Positions 1 to 16,534 of a DNA stretch of 64,000 bases are shown here, piece after piece. Under the pieces are notes generated by a model. It did not search any database. It was given only the letters and a program-made list of their open reading frames with translations, and had not been told where the DNA came from. The number at the start of each line of letters is the position of its first letter. Positions within the stretch are counted from its first letter, which is position 1. Source of the stretch: Octopus sinensis (taxonomy: Eukaryota); NCBI RefSeq assembly GCF_006345805.1, contig NC_042997.1, positions 97,464,001 through 97,528,000 of the forward strand. The letters run 5' to 3'. A program made the position numbers and the translations under genes.

Positions 1-1169
1 ATATATTATTTATATTATTCCTTAACGATGATGACGATGATGATATATATATATATATAATATATATATGACAAGCTTCTTTCAGTTTCCGTGTACCAAA
101 TCCACTCATAAGGCTTTGGTCAGCCCAAGGTTATAGTAGAAGACACTTGCCCAAGGTGTCACACAGTTGGACTAAACCCGGAACCATGTAGTTCGTAAAC
201 AAGCTACTTACCACACATCCACTGAATACATTATATTATAATATCATTAGAACAGACAGTTTCATGGAAAGAAAGTGTGGTGTCTTTTATCTATTATTTT
301 TACTTGTTTTTGTCACTGGATTGTGACCCTGCTGGAGCACCACCTTGAAAGGTTTGGTTGACCACATCGATATCAGTATTTATTTTTTGAAGGCTGTTAC
401 TCATTCTATCAATTTATTTTGGTGAACTGCTATGTTGCAGGGATGTAAACACACTAACAATGATTGTGAAGCAGTGATAGACAAATACACACACACACAC
501 ACACACACACACCACACACACACACACCACACACACACACAAACACACACACACACACGCATATACACAGATACATACATATATTTTTGATAGATTTCTT
601 TCAGGTTTCATCTACCAAATCCAATCACAAGATTTTGATTTACCAAAGGCTATTGTAGAAGAACCTTGCCTAAGATGTCACAGTGGGACTGAACCCAGGA
701 CCATGTGGTTGGGAAGCAAACTTATTACTATACAGCCACACTCACCTATGTCCATTAAGAAAATAAGAGCTGGTTATCAAATAAATGTAGGTGTTTTAGA
801 ACATGAAAAGCAATTGTGTGTGTGTGTGGTGATGGGGGGGTCCATGCATTTGTGTGTGTGTGCATCATCATCTAATATCCCTCTCCATGTTGGTATCTGT
901 TGGATTGTTCAACAAGATCTAATGTGTTGGATGGCCATGTGATGCTCCAATTTCTGTTTAAGCATGGTTTCTACAGCTTGATTCTCTTCCTAATGTCAGC
1001 TTGCCACCCATTTTACAGAGTGTTCTGAGTGCCTTTTCTATGGCACCATTACTTGTGTGGTTGCCTTGCAACTTGCAAGATTAAAGGGCTTTAATAAGAC
1101 TCGTTTAATAGGAGAGAGGGCATGATTATACTCGGTAAAGTTATGAGGAACAATGAAGTATGAGAGGAG

Positions 1170-1200
<31 letters not shown>

Positions 1201-1242
1201 AATCTCTGAGCGAGGTATAAACAGTAGCTGCATGACATCGTG

Positions 1243-1418
1243 AAGTATATTTGCCACTTAAATGTGGCTAACCCTTTAGGGTCGATGCTACTGTAGCTTG
1301 TAGCCCCAGGAGGCACAGAAAGTGTGTCAATAGCCAGGTGGAGGAGGTGTCCTCCTGAGGCTACAAGCTACCGTAGCATCCACCCTTAAGTGTTAGCCAC
1401 GTTTAAGTGGCAAATATA

Positions 1419-1421
<3 letters not shown>
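1243..1421. repeat. Long imperfect inverted repeat (arms about 73 bp)
   Basis: aagtatatttgccacttaaatgtggctaac...caggagg versus cctcctgaggctac...gtggcaaatatactt. Confidence 0.85.
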
Positions 1422-1462
<41 letters not shown>

Positions 1463-2002
1463 CTTTAGTAAGTTTGTAACCCAGAAAGAGTAACAAAATA
1501 GACACTATTCTGTGAGTGAGTGTGTGTGCATGTGCGTGCATATCTACATGTGTGCGTGTGTGTCTTTGTGCATGCTCATGCATCTAAAGTACTTGTTATG
1601 TTAAGTCAAAATGCAGCAGTTGTTACAGAAAGAGAAACTGGGGGTGAAGCCATAGAAAAATCAAGGCAACAAATATGTGGATATGGTAAGTAATGTTACA
1701 ATCACCCAAATATAAATGTACTTTTATTTCTCTTTTGTACACTCAAACATTTATGTCCACATGCTTGAGAAGACACACCAAGCTGATTAAAATTGAGGTC
1801 GTAGCTGGTGCCAGTGTCATGTGAAAGGTATCCATGCTAATTCACGTAAAAAGCACCAGTGCCAATGACATATAAAAGACATCTGGCACACTTATGAGGT
1901 GGTTGGCATTAAGAGGAGCATTCAGCTGTAGAAACCAAGCCAAAACAGACTGGAACCTGGTTCATCTCCTCAGTTTACCAGCTCCAGTCAAGCCATCTAA
2001 CC

Positions 2003-2212
2003 CAGCGTTTCTCAACCGGGGTTCCCCGGAACCCAAGGGTTCTGCAAATAGTTCCTAGGGGTTCTGCGAGAAAGAGTGAGATAAGTTAATGCTAATTTCT
2101 TGAATGTAATATTACTATACATGTACAACATATTGTTGGTTATTGTAATTGTAATATTGTAATATAGACATCATCCTATCTAACCCATTATGATTATCAA
2201 AAAATATAACAA

Positions 2213-2263
<51 letters not shown>

Positions 2264-2805
2264 TGTATTTATATATATATACATATATATATATGAATTA
2301 CGTTGACATTATAATTTATTTCTCTCTATTTAATACTTCGGTCTTTACCGATAAAACAAAGTGTTTACTAATTTTAACCCACGCTGGTGGAAAGGGGAGA
2401 GCAGAAATTCTTCGCTTGCATATTTTGAATTTGCTAACACTGATAGTCTGAGCAGATCTTCAGAAATGATAGGAAGCTAAGAGGGTATGCTCCCGCTTTC
2501 AGTGTTCCCAAATCCGAAACAAGGAATTCTGAGCTGACGAAAGAAATGTCGATTTGACTAATCTAGAAACGTACGTTCTCAAATAACCTTTGCTTTTGTG
2601 ATGTTTTAATGTTTTTACCCTCATACTTTCGTGAGTTGACTTGAGCAAACACTATATGAGAGAGATTTTCTTTAAGTATTAGAAATAGTATGAAAAAAAT
2701 TTTTTTTTAGCTGCTATTTCTAATGAGTTCAGTATGTGGTCCCTTTACATACTGAATACTTGGTAAAATTAATTAATAATTAATTAATTTTACCCTCAAT
2801 TGTTG

Positions 2806-2861
<56 letters not shown>

Positions 2862-3006
2862 ATGTACGTATGTATGATATTTACCACATGAATTACGATG
2901 AAAAAAATATGAGAAAGATATGGTGTATAATATTTTGTGCAGGGTTCCTTGAGACATGTAATTTATTTTAAGGGTTGCGCAAGGGTAAAAAGATTGAGAA
3001 ACACTG
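2003..3006. mobile_element. hAT-like MITE with an internal (TA)n-flanked Penelope-like insert (about 2295-2808)
   Basis: TIRs CAGCGTTTCTCAA / TTGAGAAACACTG; degenerate 8-bp TSD (atctaacc/gtcagacc) inside a SINE tail. Confidence 0.65.
2530..2581 (+). ncRNA. Minimal type I hammerhead ribozyme motif (Penelope-like retroelement type)
   Basis: TGAG-CTGACGA-[stem II aAGA..GTC gattt GAC..TCTa]-GAAA-CGTACG-TT-CTCA: stem I TGAG/CTCA, palindromic stem III ACGTACGT. Confidence 0.7.
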
Positions 3007-3041
3007 GTCAGACCCATGCCAGCATGGAAAACGGATGCTAA

Positions 3042-3080
<39 letters not shown>

Positions 3081-3109
3081 GTGACACAGTCAAGTTTAGA
3101 GATACTTAC

Positions 3110-8390
<5,281 letters not shown>

Positions 8391-8510
8391 TGCAAAAGCT
8401 AGCCAGTTATTTTGGAATATTTTCTTTATTCTGCACCAGGTTTTATCAAAATGCTTCACAAAGGACCTGTAAATCATAAATGTTTTCTTTATTGTTTAAT
8501 ATTTATTTGT

Positions 8511-8726
8511 TTAACCCTTTCATTACCAACCTGACAGAAACCGGTTCTGGCTCTGAGTACAAATGTCTTGTTTTCATAAGTTTTGAATTAAAATCTTAGT
8601 CACAATTTATGTTCCCAACACTAGATTACTGATAACTTTGTTATTTTACTAAGTTCTTTGTTATATTTAAAGTAATTGAAAGAAACACTGAGCATCTCAA
8701 AATAAATACAGTAATGAAAGGGTTAA
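8511..8726. mobile_element. piggyBac-like MITE family 1; copies at about 34475-34680 and 56239-56466
   Basis: TTAA-CCCTTTCATTAC...GTAATGAAAGGG-TTAA: TIRs with TTAA target. Confidence 0.8.
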
Positions 8727-8782
8727 TACTTAAAAAATATACACCATGTAAATTTCATATTGTAATGTAATGCTCCAAGTAG

Positions 8783-9932
8783 TTTAGAGGTGGTATCAAA
8801 AAGTGGGTCTAGTTATGTTTAATAAAAAATAACTTACCTAAGTTTTAGCATTATCTCTTTCGAATTAATCACCTTGCACAGCAACATACTGGTTCCAGCA
8901 TTTCTGTCACTTTTGAAATCTGGTCTGGAAGTTGTTTTCCATAAGTGAGTCAAAGACCTTCTGCGATTCGCTCTGGATCTCAACAACAATCATAAAATGG
9001 CAACTTTTGAGCTGTATTTTAGTATTGGTAAAGATATGGAAGTCTGTGGGTGCAGAAGCAATACTATGTTGTTTTTGGGAGTGTAACTCATGAGTAAGAA
9101 GAGCTCAGTGACAGGGTTCGTTGTCATTGTGAAGAATTCAATCCTGCGCCCTCCACAGATCCAGTCACTTTCACCAAATGTTCTCCCTCGAACGCTTTAA
9201 AATGTTACAGTAGAATTCTCAATTGACAGTCTGGCCCAGGAGGATGAATTCATGATGCACAATACCACATCATCATCATCGTTTAACATCCGCTTTCCAT
9301 GCTAGCATCGGTTGGACAATTTGACTGAGGTCTTGCAAACCAGACTCCAATCTGATCTGGCAGAGTTTCTACAGTTGGATGCCCTTCCTAACGCCAACCA
9401 CTCCGAGAGTGTAGTGGGTGCTTTTACATGCCACCAGCACGAGGGCCAGTTAGGTGGCACTGGCAATGACCTCGCTCAAATGGTGCTTTTTCTGTGCCAC
9501 CTGCACAGGAGCCAGTCCAGGGGCACTGGCAACGACCTTGCTCGAATGTTGTCAAAAAAGAAATTATGAGCATGCTCTTAATTGGGCTGCAGCTCCGTGG
9601 TGCTGTTTGAAGCGCTTGTGCCACTCAAAACATTGCATACAACCCATTGCCTTGTCACCGTAAGCTTACCAAAGAATGCTTGATGTCTCTGTAACAGACT
9701 TCACAAGTTTAGCGCAAAATTTCGCTTCCTGTCCGGGACAAAATTGCAGACTACAACATACACGTGATCACAAAAACATTAATTTCATGACTTGTGAAGT
9801 AAACACAGAGATGTCACTCAGCATACTTCCTCTTGAAGGTCACTGCTAGCTCTCACTGCACATGCAATTGTATGCTGTTGTTTGTTGGCATGCTATAGAA
9901 CTGGTCTGGGAACTTTTTGATACCACCTTGTA
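8783..9932 (-). mobile_element. Decayed mariner transposon interrupted by a family C retroposon
   Basis: TIRs ggtggtatcaaaaagt / actttttgataccacc; minus-strand remnants KFC.KL.KS.TET..AYGD...FEWHKRFK, LHNDN and EIQSESQKVFD. Confidence 0.8.
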
Positions 9933-10195
9933 TATTATATAAATGACAGGCATTCCCAACTTATTGCAAAACACTTTTATACTTTTACCTGTTTCAGTCA
10001 TTTTGACTGTGGCCATGCTGGAGCATCACCTTTTAGTTGGAGAAATTGACCCTTGGACTTATTCTGTGTAAGCCTAGTACTTATTTTTTCAGTCACTTTT
10101 GCCAAACTACTATGTTATGGGGACGTAAACACACCAAGATCAGTTGTCAAGCAATGGTGGAAGGACAAACACAGACACAAACACACAAATTTATG

Positions 10196-10264
<69 letters not shown>

Positions 10265-11432
10265 CAGTCTACCAAATCCACTCACAAGACATTTGCCCAA
10301 GGTATCATGCAGTGGAACTGAACCCGGAACCATGTGGTTGGAAAGCAAGCTTCTTACCACACAGCCATGCCTGTGCCTATAGCTGAACATTTGAAACTCA
10401 TTTTGTAACACAGAGTTCCATAACATGAAAAGTAACTCTGGTACTCCATTGACTACAACGACAAGGATTCCTGTTGATCCAACCAACAGAACAGCCTGCT
10501 CATGAAATCAACATGCAAGAGGCTGAGCACTCCACTGACTGCAGCAATGTGAGATAAAGTGTCTGGCTCAGGGACACAATGCACTGCTGGGAATCAAACT
10601 CATAACCTTACGATCATGAGCTGAATTCTCCAACCACTAAGTCATGTGCCTCATGGAAACTAACAGATTCTCTCAAATGCCCCAACAACTCTCTAGCGTG
10701 GTAGCCAGAGTAAGAATGGGTTGGAGAAACTGCATGGAATTATTACGTCTAGAAGCAAAAGGCTTTATTAGTTAATAAAACAGTTATGCCCATTTCTGTA
10801 TTACTTTTGGTACAACCATCTTACAAACACATCTACCCATCTTATTTCTTTATTGCCCACAAGGGGCTAAATATAGAGGGGACAAACAAGGACAGACAAA
10901 GGGATTAAGTCGATTACATTGACCCCAGTGCATAAATGGTACTTAAAAGCTGTGAGTTGGTATGACAAATAACAATTTTGAAAAAAAAATTAAAAGTCCA
11001 TTTACATATTCATATAGAATATATAATATAGTATATATATCTTTTAATAAAATGAAATTTTCCAGCAATACTGGTATCATTTAAAAAGAAAAAATATCAG
11101 AGGCAAATTTATTGGCATGGCTGCTTGCTAAGTTATTTTTTTTAAATATTACTTTAACAAGTTCCAGATGACAAACGATGGTATATTTCTCAAAAGTATT
11201 TTTTTTCCAATGTAATTATAATGTTCATCATCAAAACGTATGAGGAAACAAAATTGAGGTGCATAAAATATCTGTCCCACCCCAATTTTTTCTACATTAA
11301 ATTCCAAAATGATTGTAATCTACATCATCAGAGAGATATTTGTTGAAACTTTCATTAAAAAAAAAAAGTAATTTTCAAAAAGCTTTGAGAAAACAAACTT
11401 GGGATGAAGAACAATTCTGTAATTATGCTCGA

Positions 11433-11966
11433 GAGGGAATTCTGGTTTAAGCACCCCATATAAACCAGCATAACATTTTTCTTTTTTAAAGAAAATTTTG
11501 CAAATTTGTATTCTACACATCATACAACTATGCAAAACAAAATATGTGTGTGTGATTTAAGGGCGATTTAGCTGTTGTTTTTTGCACATCCCACGACCAC
11601 CTGATACTTTCCTTGTTTCTTTGTCCCTTTGACATGTATTAATATTTTTCAACCTTTTTCTCATCATAAACACATTTAATAGAATTATGATGCACCCAAG
11701 AGTGCTCCATCACTGGGATTTAAGCAATAAAATTCAAACTGTCTGTATTTTAAACACTGATTTTTTTTTTCAAATTGAAAAAGAGTAGAATTTTAAGATT
11801 TATGATGGGAATGGGTTTAAAAACTTTTATTATTATTTTTTTTTTATATATATAATCGAACAAATTCCTGTGTGTCGAACATAAATTCGCAAAAATTTTC
11901 TGAAAATTCCCCTAAAATAAAAAGGTTATGATGGGTTATATTGTATGCTTAAACCAGAATTCCGCT
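11433..11966. mobile_element. Unclassified TIR element (about 100-bp imperfect inverted ends)
   Basis: ggaattctggtttaagca...ataacatttt versus aaaaggttat...tgcttaaaccagaattcc. Confidence 0.55.
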
Positions 11967-12325
11967 ACACCGGATATTTTGGATAATATGATTCTGGACT
12001 CACTGTATCTGAATAAATGGCATGATAGTTACGGCTGGAGAACATCTTATCCTAATCTTGATTAATCAGAGTAGATCTCAAGTTAAACAGCAGCAACAAC
12101 AACAACAGATAAAAGACATTTCATATTGTGATCATGGCTATGATGTGTTTGAAATAAAAGACGGGAGAAATGATGATGGGGGAAATGTCTTTTATCATAG
12201 CTTTGTTAGAAAAAGATGGAACTGGAATTTAATAACCACCAACACAAGAAGAAAATCTTAATTAGGTAATGTTTTCTGTTGCAAGTTTAGAAGTGTTTTT
12301 TGAAGACAAGACTTTGTTTGCTTAC

Positions 12326-12420
12326 CTTATTTTATCTTGATCCAGTTAAGACTAATGCTGAGTCGTCCCTCGGGTTGTTATTGCTGTCTCTTTATATTTC
12401 TGTCACCAATGAAATGGCTT
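12326..12420 (-). other. Candidate 5'UTR exon of the TXNDC16-like gene
   Basis: Strong AAG|gtaagc donor at 12325/12326 in unique sequence. The ATG-containing exon has an acceptor, which implies an upstream exon. Confidence 0.4.
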
Positions 12421-12708
12421 CTATAGAAAATTGTTATTTTTTACTGCAGCACTTGAATGCCCTTTTGTGCGATTATGTTTGGTTTAATGTACGCAATTGC
12501 TGTTGTGTGTGTGTGTGTGTGTGTGTGTGTACACACTAACGGCGTACATAGGTACGTATGTCATTATTCAGTTTTACTTCAAGATTTCTTGCCAATAGAG
12601 AAAGAGCCGGCTTCTAACCTAGATCCAAGGCTCTTTCATTGGAATCTCAACATCAGAAGGGTATTTTTGTATGTATGTATGTATATATGTATGTATGTAT
12701 GTATGTAT

Positions 12709-13590
12709 TATGTTGGCTTCTTCTGTAATTAATCACTTATATTCTTCCTCCAAAAAAGGTTGTTGGTTTCTAACAAACATACAAATTTCCATCTTTGGAA
12801 TGTAGATAACGAAAAAAAAGGTTACATTTTAAACCTGAGAAAAGTCTTGCATAGTTTTACTGTTCCGCTTACATATTGTATTTGTAATGCGCAAATCCGT
12901 TGGTTGATTTCTTTTTCGAAAATCCAAGATTATCTCAACTGACAGTTAGTCTTTTACTTTCAAAACCAAGTACTCCAATTATTATTGGTATAAACGTAAA
13001 TTTGTAATCTGGATATAGAAGCTGAAGGTTGCAAAGCAGTTGTCCGTAGTAATATTCTCTCTCTTTGATTTTCAAAGAGACATTCTCATCAGCAGGACAA
13101 GCTGATTGCTGTAACAGTACATTCTTTTTCTTGTCTGTCTCAAACAACAATATCTGGCCTGTTATGCTTACTTTTAACAGATGTTTTGATGGGAATGTTT
13201 CATCAGTATTCTTTGTGTTGATATTTGTGCACGTATTCAATAATGGGGATTCTCTATATTTATTCCAGGACAGACTTTTTTTCTGAATGGCATTGTCATA
13301 GTTTTTGTGACAATGTCGTGTCGCATAGAGAGGTAGTACTTTGATGTCAATTTTGGGCTGCTGCTAATTACATGTGTGATGTCTTACACAGAAATATGAC
13401 ATAATCTACATTAACGGTTGCATATTGGAACTCCAAGGGCTTCACAGTCTCTTTTGTGGGTCAGGTATTTTGAAGCAATCTCCTGTTCTTGGATTGCAAA
13501 GGCATAGCCTTCAAAGTGTGATATGATGTAGCGGTCACGAATCCAAGAGAGGCTTCGCTTCATGTCAATGTTACTATCTTCTTTAGGTGT
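12709..13590 (-). mobile_element. 5'-truncated R4/Dong-like non-LTR retrotransposon (CCHC + restriction-like endonuclease, 3'UTR)
   Basis: Remnants FEGYAFAIQEQEI..KYL, CRLC...THVISSC...MRHDIV, CPADENVSLKIKE..YYGQL...IPIIIGVLG; frameshifted; bounded by (TATG)n. Confidence 0.75.
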
Positions 13591-13641
13591 ATGTATGTAT
13601 GTATGTATGTATGTATGTACGTATGTATGTACGTATGTATG

Positions 13642-14720
13642 TAGCGACCTGAGGTTGTCGATTCCTTCGTCTACCTTGGAAGCTCTGTTCAAAATGATGG
13701 AAATCTTGATACAGAAATACAGCTGTGAATTCAAAGGGCAGCAAAAGCATTTGGTGGCTTGGAGTCACGAGTTTGGTGCCAGTAACATATAAATAAGAAT
13801 ACAAAGCTGGCTCTTTACAAATCATTTGTCTTACCAACCCTGTTGTATTGCTGTGAAACTTGGACTTGTTAATGAAAGGCATTTTAATTCTTAGAACCAT
13901 TCCACCAAAAATGCCTTCATCGCATTAAATTTAAACATTAAATGGAGTTCTTTTAAACATTTAAACATTAAATGGAGTTCTTTTACTCCAAACACAGATG
14001 TCCTTGCATTTGCAGGCAACACCTCAATTAAAGCTATGATTTTGAGGAACCAAATAAGATGGTGTGGCCATATTGTTCGAATGGCAGATGAACGCATGCC
14101 GAAATAGCTGTTTTATGGTGAGCTTGCAGAGGGGAAATGCTATTGGTGTAAACCTAAAAAAAAGTTTAAGGATAGCATAAGGACTATTATGAAGTCACTT
14201 GAAATGATTCCAAAAGATATAGAAACCCTTGCTTCGGATTGAGTTGGATAGCGGACAAAAGTGTGGAGTGGAGTGAAAGCATTTGAAGAGGCCAAGATAA
14301 CGCAAGTAAGACTCAAAAAAGATCTAAGGAAGAATTTAACGATCGAGAAGGTGAATGACAATGACCTTTTTGTGTGCACAGTCTGTGACAGACCAAGCCT
14401 GTCTTTTGCTGGCCTCAAATCTCATCTGTGAACGCATGAAAAATGAACCCCCACCAACTATTCTGCCTATATGTCTGTGCACACCTTTCAATGCAGTGTA
14501 TGTCAGAAGGTTTGCAAACCCAACGGAGGCCTCAAAAGATATTTTAAGATCCACAAAGATCAGAACTTATCTGCAACTCTTGGTGGTCCAAATCGGATGT
14601 GTAATCTATGTGGGTGTCTTTTCAGATCATTGTATGTTTTAAAAAGCCACATCAGATGCCAGGATAGTGCTAAGGTGTAGGTACAAACTCTGCATAAGGA
14701 GTAGACAACCACCATGTATG
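13642..14720 (+). mobile_element. 5'-truncated RTE-clade LINE (RT C-terminus plus C2H2 zinc fingers), pseudogenised
   Basis: LEVVDSFVYLGS...LYKSFVLPTLLYCCETW...RWCGHIVRMADERMPK.LFYGEL, then CSVCQKVCK..GLKR.FKIH; stops and frameshifts. Confidence 0.85.
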
Positions 14721-14792
14721 TCTCTTCTAGTTTTTAATAATAAATCTTCCATTGAGGAAGAAACCGGTTTTCAACAAAGATACACAGCTCTT

Positions 14793-15361
14793 GTATGTAT
14801 GTATGTATGTATGTATGTATGTATGTATGTATGTATGTATGTATGTATGTTTGTATGTATGTATGTATGTATGTCATTATTCAGTTTTATTTAAAGATTT
14901 CTTGCCAATTGAGAAAGAGTCGGTTTCTAACCTAGATCCAAGGCTCTTTCATTGGGATTTCAACATTATCAACAGGGTATTTTTGTATGTACATATGTGT
15001 GTGTGTGTGTATGTATACGTGCAGATTTGTAAGTTTTGTTTTATGTATGTCTTCTCATGCATATAGTTGCATATGAATGTATATATGTATGTATGTATGT
15101 GTGTATGTATGTATGTATGTATGTATGTATGTTTGTATGTATGTATGTATGTATGTCATTATTCAGTTTTATTTAAAGATTTCTTGCCAATTGAGAAAGA
15201 GTCGGTTTCTAACCTAGATCCAAGGCTCTTTCATTGGGATTTCAACATTATCAACAGGGTATTTTTGTATGTACATATGTGTGTGTGTGTGTATGTATAC
15301 GTGCAGATTTGTAAGTTTTGTTTTATGTATGTCTTCTCATGCATATAGTTGCATATGAATG

Positions 15362-15395
<34 letters not shown>

Positions 15396-15480
15396 TGTAT
15401 GTATGTATGTATGTATGTATGTATGTATGTATGTATGTATGTATGTATGCATGCATGCATGTATGTATGTATGTATGTAT
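14793..15480. repeat. 282-bp tandem duplication built on (TATG)n arrays
   Basis: Sequence from 14874 is repeated at 15156; ORFs 14752 and 15067 share identical translation. Confidence 0.9.
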
Positions 15481-15821
15481 TTTTAATGAAGTTATTAAAT
15501 CTCATGACAATAGTAACTAACAAATGCATTTACGTGATATTTTTGTCCAAGAGGCAAGTTGCCCTTTGTTGTAGTTTTAATCCATTTTTTTGTTTGTAAC
15601 AATCAGTTTCCATTCTTGTGAAATTTTTGACGGGACAAGTCACCTTTAAGAGAAAAATTACTGCTTTAAAAATTAATTTTATTCAAATGAACGAAAGCGA
15701 CATGCATTATGTGTTGACAGAAGTCAGCATCAGTAATGGAGGAAAGATTTGGATGCCATGCAATGGAAAATCAACATTTTTTCAGTTAAAGGTGTTTTTC
15801 CATATTCAATAGAGGAGGATA

Positions 15822-16532
15822 TGTTAATTAGTCAAAATGCTTCTTAAATTAGGAATCCATACCTATCATTCTTACATACTATGATTATATTCAGTTTGAC
15901 GAGCCGAATATTTTTGTGAAAGAATTTACACCGGAGCAGAAAGTCTAATTAAGACCTAATTAACGATCTAATTAAAGATTCCTTATTGTCTTCCAATACC
16001 TGGGATGTTTCTTAATTTCTTCCTTCCATGTTAACTGGGTCTAAGACATGTTTCTATGTTGCATTTATCACGTAGCTTGAAAACAGTGTTTCTGTATGTT
16101 TCCTCTTAATTAGTGTATAGTGATTAGTAGAAAATGCTTCTTAAATTAGAAATCCATACCTAAATGGTTCTTAAGTGACATAAATAGATTCACTTGGGTT
16201 CAGTGAACATTTTTGCGAAGTAATTGACGCTGGAGCAGAACGTCTAATTAATTCCTAATTACGTGTCTAATTAAAACTTCTTAATTTGTTTTTCCATACC
16301 CGTTTTTTCTTAAGTTTTCATTTAAGTATCACTTACGTCTAAGGAGTAATAGTCAATGTAATTTATTACTGGAGCTTAAAGTTTAATTAAATTCATTATT
16401 TACGCAAGTTGATTATCTCATAATTAATTAATCCATACCTAAGCATACTTAAGAATCACGTTTCATGGTATTAGGACCATTTGTACACATATTGTGCCCT
16501 GCTAGTATTTTGGAGCTTCAAGTCTAATTAAA
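15822..16532. repeat. Degenerate ~298-bp tandem repeat (about 2.4 units)
   Basis: aaaatgcttcttaaattag.aatccatacct and ggagcagaa.gtctaatta recur at about 15832, 16131 and partly 16430. Confidence 0.65.
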
Positions 16533-16534
16533 TC

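Noticed and set aside
14793-15480. CRISPR-like repeat/spacer appearance
   Set aside because: The repeats are variable-length microsatellites, the spacers are duplicated, the context is eukaryotic and there are no cas genes.
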